Position numbers and translations under genes: made by a program. From positions 114,672-178,671 of the forward strand of contig JAFGXI010000017.1 in NCBI GenBank assembly GCA_016936665.1: 64,000 nt of DNA. Reading direction: 5' to 3'. This DNA is from Bacteroidales bacterium (GTDB lineage: Bacteria > Bacteroidota > Bacteroidia > Bacteroidales > JAFGXI01). The notes below the pieces were generated by a model that was not told the DNA's origin, did no database searches, and was given only the letters and a program-made list of their open reading frames with translations. This document shows, piece by piece, positions 61,089-64,000 of this stretch; within the stretch, counting starts at the first letter, position 1, and each line of letters starts with the position of its first letter.

Positions 61089-62645
61089 TTAAGGATGATC
61101 GATATTATAATGTAATCCGATGCTCTTTTTTCTGTCCATCGCCATTTTAATGGTTAAATAAGAAATATTGATGGCATTTCGCAATTCGCAAATCTCTTTA
61201 GAAATGATCGATCGTCGGTACAAACTTTCTGTCTCTTCGTATATTATTTCTAATCGCTTAAAAGCTCGTTCCAAACGTAGATCGGAACGAACAATGCCCA
61301 CATAGTTACTCATAATCTGCATCAACTCTTTGTGCGATTGGGTAATTAAAATCATTTCTTCGGTTTGTGTTGTTCCTTTGTAATCCCATTCCGGAATGGC
61401 TTCGTTATACTCGCTTTCGCATAATTTCTTGACTGAATTTTCTGCAGCAATTTCGGCATACACGATAGCTTCGATAAGCGAATTCGAAGCAAGCCGATTA
61501 GCCCCATGCAAGCCGGTAGAAGTAACTTCGCCGGCAGCAAATAAATTTCGAATAGTGGTGCAGGCATCGTGCCCCACTTTTATACCACCTACCAAGTAAT
61601 GTGCAGCAGGAGCCACTGGAATATAATCTCTTAAAACATCGATGCCTAAAGATTTACATTTTTTATAAATATTAGGAAAATGTTCGTGCCAAGTTGCATT
61701 CGTAATTGATGTACCATCGAGATAGACAAAATTCTTTCCGCTTAGTTTCATTTCATTATCTATAGCGCGAGCTACAATATCGCGTGGAGCTAACGATGCC
61801 CTTTTATCGTATTTATCCATAAAAGCAAAACCTTTATGATTCCTTAAAACAGCCCCTGCTCCTCTCAAAGCTTCGGTAATTAAAAACGAAGGTCTATCGT
61901 TAGCATTATAGAGTGCTGTTGGATGAAATTGCACAAATTCCATATTTTCGATAATGCCTTTTGCTCGGTAAACCATGGCTATTCCATCGCCAGTAGCTAT
62001 TTCTGGATTGGTTGTTGTCTGATAAATGTTACCAATACCTCCTGTTGCAATAAAAGTATTTTTAGCCAAAATGGTATGAACCACATCTGTTTCCAAATCT
62101 AATGCATAAGCGCCGTAACAAACCACGCCTCCGGTCTTTCTTCGTAGTTCCTGCCCCAAATGATGTTGCGTTAAAATATCGATAGCAAAATGATGCTCCA
62201 ACACCTCTATATTTGGATGTTTTTTAACCTGTTGCGTTAAGGCACGTTGTATCTCGAAACCGGTGTTGTCTTTATGGTGAAGTATACGATGTGCCGAATG
62301 ACCTCCTTCTTTGGCTAAATCGAGAGACCCATCGGAAGTAGTGTCGAATTTTGTTCCCCATTGCATTAAGCTGTTAATTGCTTCTGGAGCTCGTTTAACA
62401 ACCATTCTAACAGTTGCCTCATCGTTTAAATACGCACCGGCAATTAATGTGTCTTCTATATGTTTTTCGTAACTATCGAGCCGATCGGTCACTGCTGCAA
62501 TACCACCTTGAGCATAGCTGGTGTTGGTCTTCTCTAAATCTGTTTTTGTTAAAATGATGACTTTACCATATTGAGCTACTTTAAGCGCATAACTAAGGCC
62601 GGCAATTCCTGAGCCGATCACTAAAAACTCTGTGTGTTTCTTCAT
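61089..62645 (-). CDS. nadB: L-aspartate oxidase
   Basis: IGSGIAG, YAQGGIA, EGGHS, QFHPT, LAPRDIVAR, HGANRLASNSL; TAACTTTG promoter motif at 62707-62714. Confidence 0.96.
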   Translation of the reverse strand: MKKHTEFLVIGSGIAGLSYALKVAQYGKVIILTKTDLEKTNTSYAQGGIAAVTDRLDSYEKHIEDTLIAGAYLNDEATVRMVVKRAPEAINSLMQWGTKFDTTSDGSLDLAKEGGHSAHRILHHKDNTGFEIQRALTQQVKKHPNIEVLEHHFAIDILTQHHLGQELRRKTGGVVCYGAYALDLETDVVHTILAKNTFIATGGIGNIYQTTTNPEIATGDGIAMVYRAKGIIENMEFVQFHPTALYNANDRPSFLITEALRGAGAVLRNHKGFAFMDKYDKRASLAPRDIVARAIDNEMKLSGKNFVYLDGTSITNATWHEHFPNIYKKCKSLGIDVLRDYIPVAPAAHYLVGGIKVGHDACTTIRNLFAAGEVTSTGLHGANRLASNSLIEAIVYAEIAAENSVKKLCESEYNEAIPEWDYKGTTQTEEMILITQSHKELMQIMSNYVGIVRSDLRLERAFKRLEIIYEETESLYRRSIISKEICELRNAINISYLTIKMAMDRKKSIGLHYNIDHP

Positions 62646-62802
62646 TCTATAATCAACATCAATAAACCCCAAACGATTAGTAAGGGAGATAGATCGTATA
62701 TGAACGCAAAGTTAATAGTTTATCATTATGTTTTAGCTAAATGCCCTCGATTGATTGGTTTTATTTTGTTCTATTCAACAAGTCTTAAACACAAAAACGC
62801 AT

Positions 62803-64000
62803 TTATTTGTTCTTATCTTTCAAAGGATAGGTTTGTAAGATGTAGTCCAAAGTAGGTCTGTCGTTGAAATGCCATTTGGCTAAAATAGTTCCATTTTTAA
62901 GCAACACGAGTCCCGGATTCGCTCTTACAATGGTTTTTAATGTAATTGGATCGCATATATAAAATGGCGAATGTTGTTTGGTTTCAGATTCAATTTTTTG
63001 GTCTTCAACTCCTACAAGCACATAATCATCGGATAAATCATCGGGCAATTCGGTCTCTTTAAATTCTACAACTTCTCCCATGTAGTCGTAGAAGTAGATT
63101 TTTTCGGTTAGCATTTCCGGTTTTTGATTTGTATCGGGGCCTAATGTTTCGTTAAACCAGTCTTGTTTATCGTTAATCTGCTCATCTAAAGAAGCTGTTA
63201 AATAGAGCGTTTTATAACCTTTGCCGGCAAGTTTTCTTCTTAATATTTCGAGTTGTTCCAAGCCCCAATTATCGGCTGCAGACAAATCGTACGACACAAT
63301 AATAAAGGTATAAGAACTGTCGTGTAAGACAATGTCTGCAATATCGCCTATCCCTTTTTGAGAAATGGTAAAATCGTGAATTGGCGGATGATAACCTTCG
63401 GAAACCAGCTCGGAATAACTTTCTACAAAAGCCCAAACATCGGGCTCGGCAAGCGGCACGCTCAATTCTGATTCTTCGAAGACTTTACTTTGTCCTGTTA
63501 TCGCATTCTGATAGACGAAAGAGCTTTTATAAACATCGGTCGGAGCATCGGCTGGCATTTGCATATCGTTCCAAATATTGACCCCAACATGGTATGGCCT
63601 AAAGTCTAAAATAGGTAAATGACGGTAACCATACATCGAAACACCAACAATAGCAATTAAAGCCATGCTTAGTACGCTTATCTTAATCCAACTTTTTTTA
63701 CATTCTTTAATCGTTTTGCCACCTACTAAAACCAAAAGTATCGCTAAATCAATAATGATGTTTTTCCAAAATGTTTCCCAGTTCGTCAGTATTAGGGCAT
63801 CGCCAAAACAACCACAATCGCTGACCGGATTCGAAATGGCTAACACAAGTGTAACGGGTGTAAAAATCAACATAAAGGCAATGGCCAATCTATTGAACAA
63901 TTTAGTATACATGCCTGCCAAAAGACCTACACCTATCAGAAACTCTAAAGACGACAACACTATTGCCAAAGAAAAAGCCATCGGAATAAAAAATGGCATT
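62803..64000 (-). CDS. BT_3928-family DoxX/MauE membrane protein (5' end outside window)
   Basis: NPVSDCGCFGDA...WETFWKN, LPILDFRPY, PPIHDF, LKTIVRANPG...G.I..KWH. Confidence 0.85.
   Translation of the reverse strand, partial: MPFFIPMAFSLAIVLSSLEFLIGVGLLAGMYTKLFNRLAIAFMLIFTPVTLVLAISNPVSDCGCFGDALILTNWETFWKNIIIDLAILLVLVGGKTIKECKKSWIKISVLSMALIAIVGVSMYGYRHLPILDFRPYHVGVNIWNDMQMPADAPTDVYKSSFVYQNAITGQSKVFEESELSVPLAEPDVWAFVESYSELVSEGYHPPIHDFTISQKGIGDIADIVLHDSSYTFIIVSYDLSAADNWGLEQLEILRRKLAGKGYKTLYLTASLDEQINDKQDWFNETLGPDTNQKPEMLTEKIYFYDYMGEVVEFKETELPDDLSDDYVLVGVEDQKIESETKQHSPFYICDPITLKTIVRANPGLVLLKNGTILAKWHFNDRPTLDYILQTYPLKDKNK

Noticed and set aside
2198-63581. Many short antisense or nested ORFs in the track (e.g. 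24417-24857, 26059-26565, 54840-55235)
   Set aside because: They are shadows of well-supported genes and have no recognisable motifs
1-64000. CRISPR arrays, prophage genes, rRNA, selenoprotein or recoding signals
   Set aside because: No regularly spaced repeats or phage/rRNA sequence seen; the redox genes use ordinary Cys codons and show no interrupted frames

Overview
AT-rich chromosomal segment of a Bacteroidota bacterium, probably an anaerobic Bacteroidales/Marinilabiliales-like lineage. Support: TAnnTTTG -7 promoter motifs, a MurF-Alr fusion, bamD-rpoZ-coaBC-DUF4835-recN synteny, HD-lpxD synteny and T9SS-type proteins. It is mostly housekeeping (lpxD partial, glnS, serS, tdk, rsmI, rmuC, recN, coaBC, rpoZ, bamD, dxs, xth, nadB, tRNA-Arg(UCG)). 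It also holds a PerR/Fur-ahpC-superoxide reductase operon, a GDP-heptose cluster (hddA-gmhA-hddC), an orphan arginine deiminase, an NfeD/SPFH pair and a 7TM-DISM/PP2C sensor. The top candidate for a new system is a stand-alone gene at 41700-43232 with the layout TM - ~280 aa Cache-like periplasmic domain - TM - Schlafen/AlbA_2 domain with catalytic-type motifs present, i.e. a possible transmembrane one-component RNase. Features missing from the ORF track include an IS1182-like transposase remnant, a 59-aa CxxC ORF, tandem Per/Fur boxes over a promoter, and strong TCGA/CGA enrichment. All family assignments come from motif recognition by eye; no database searches were run.
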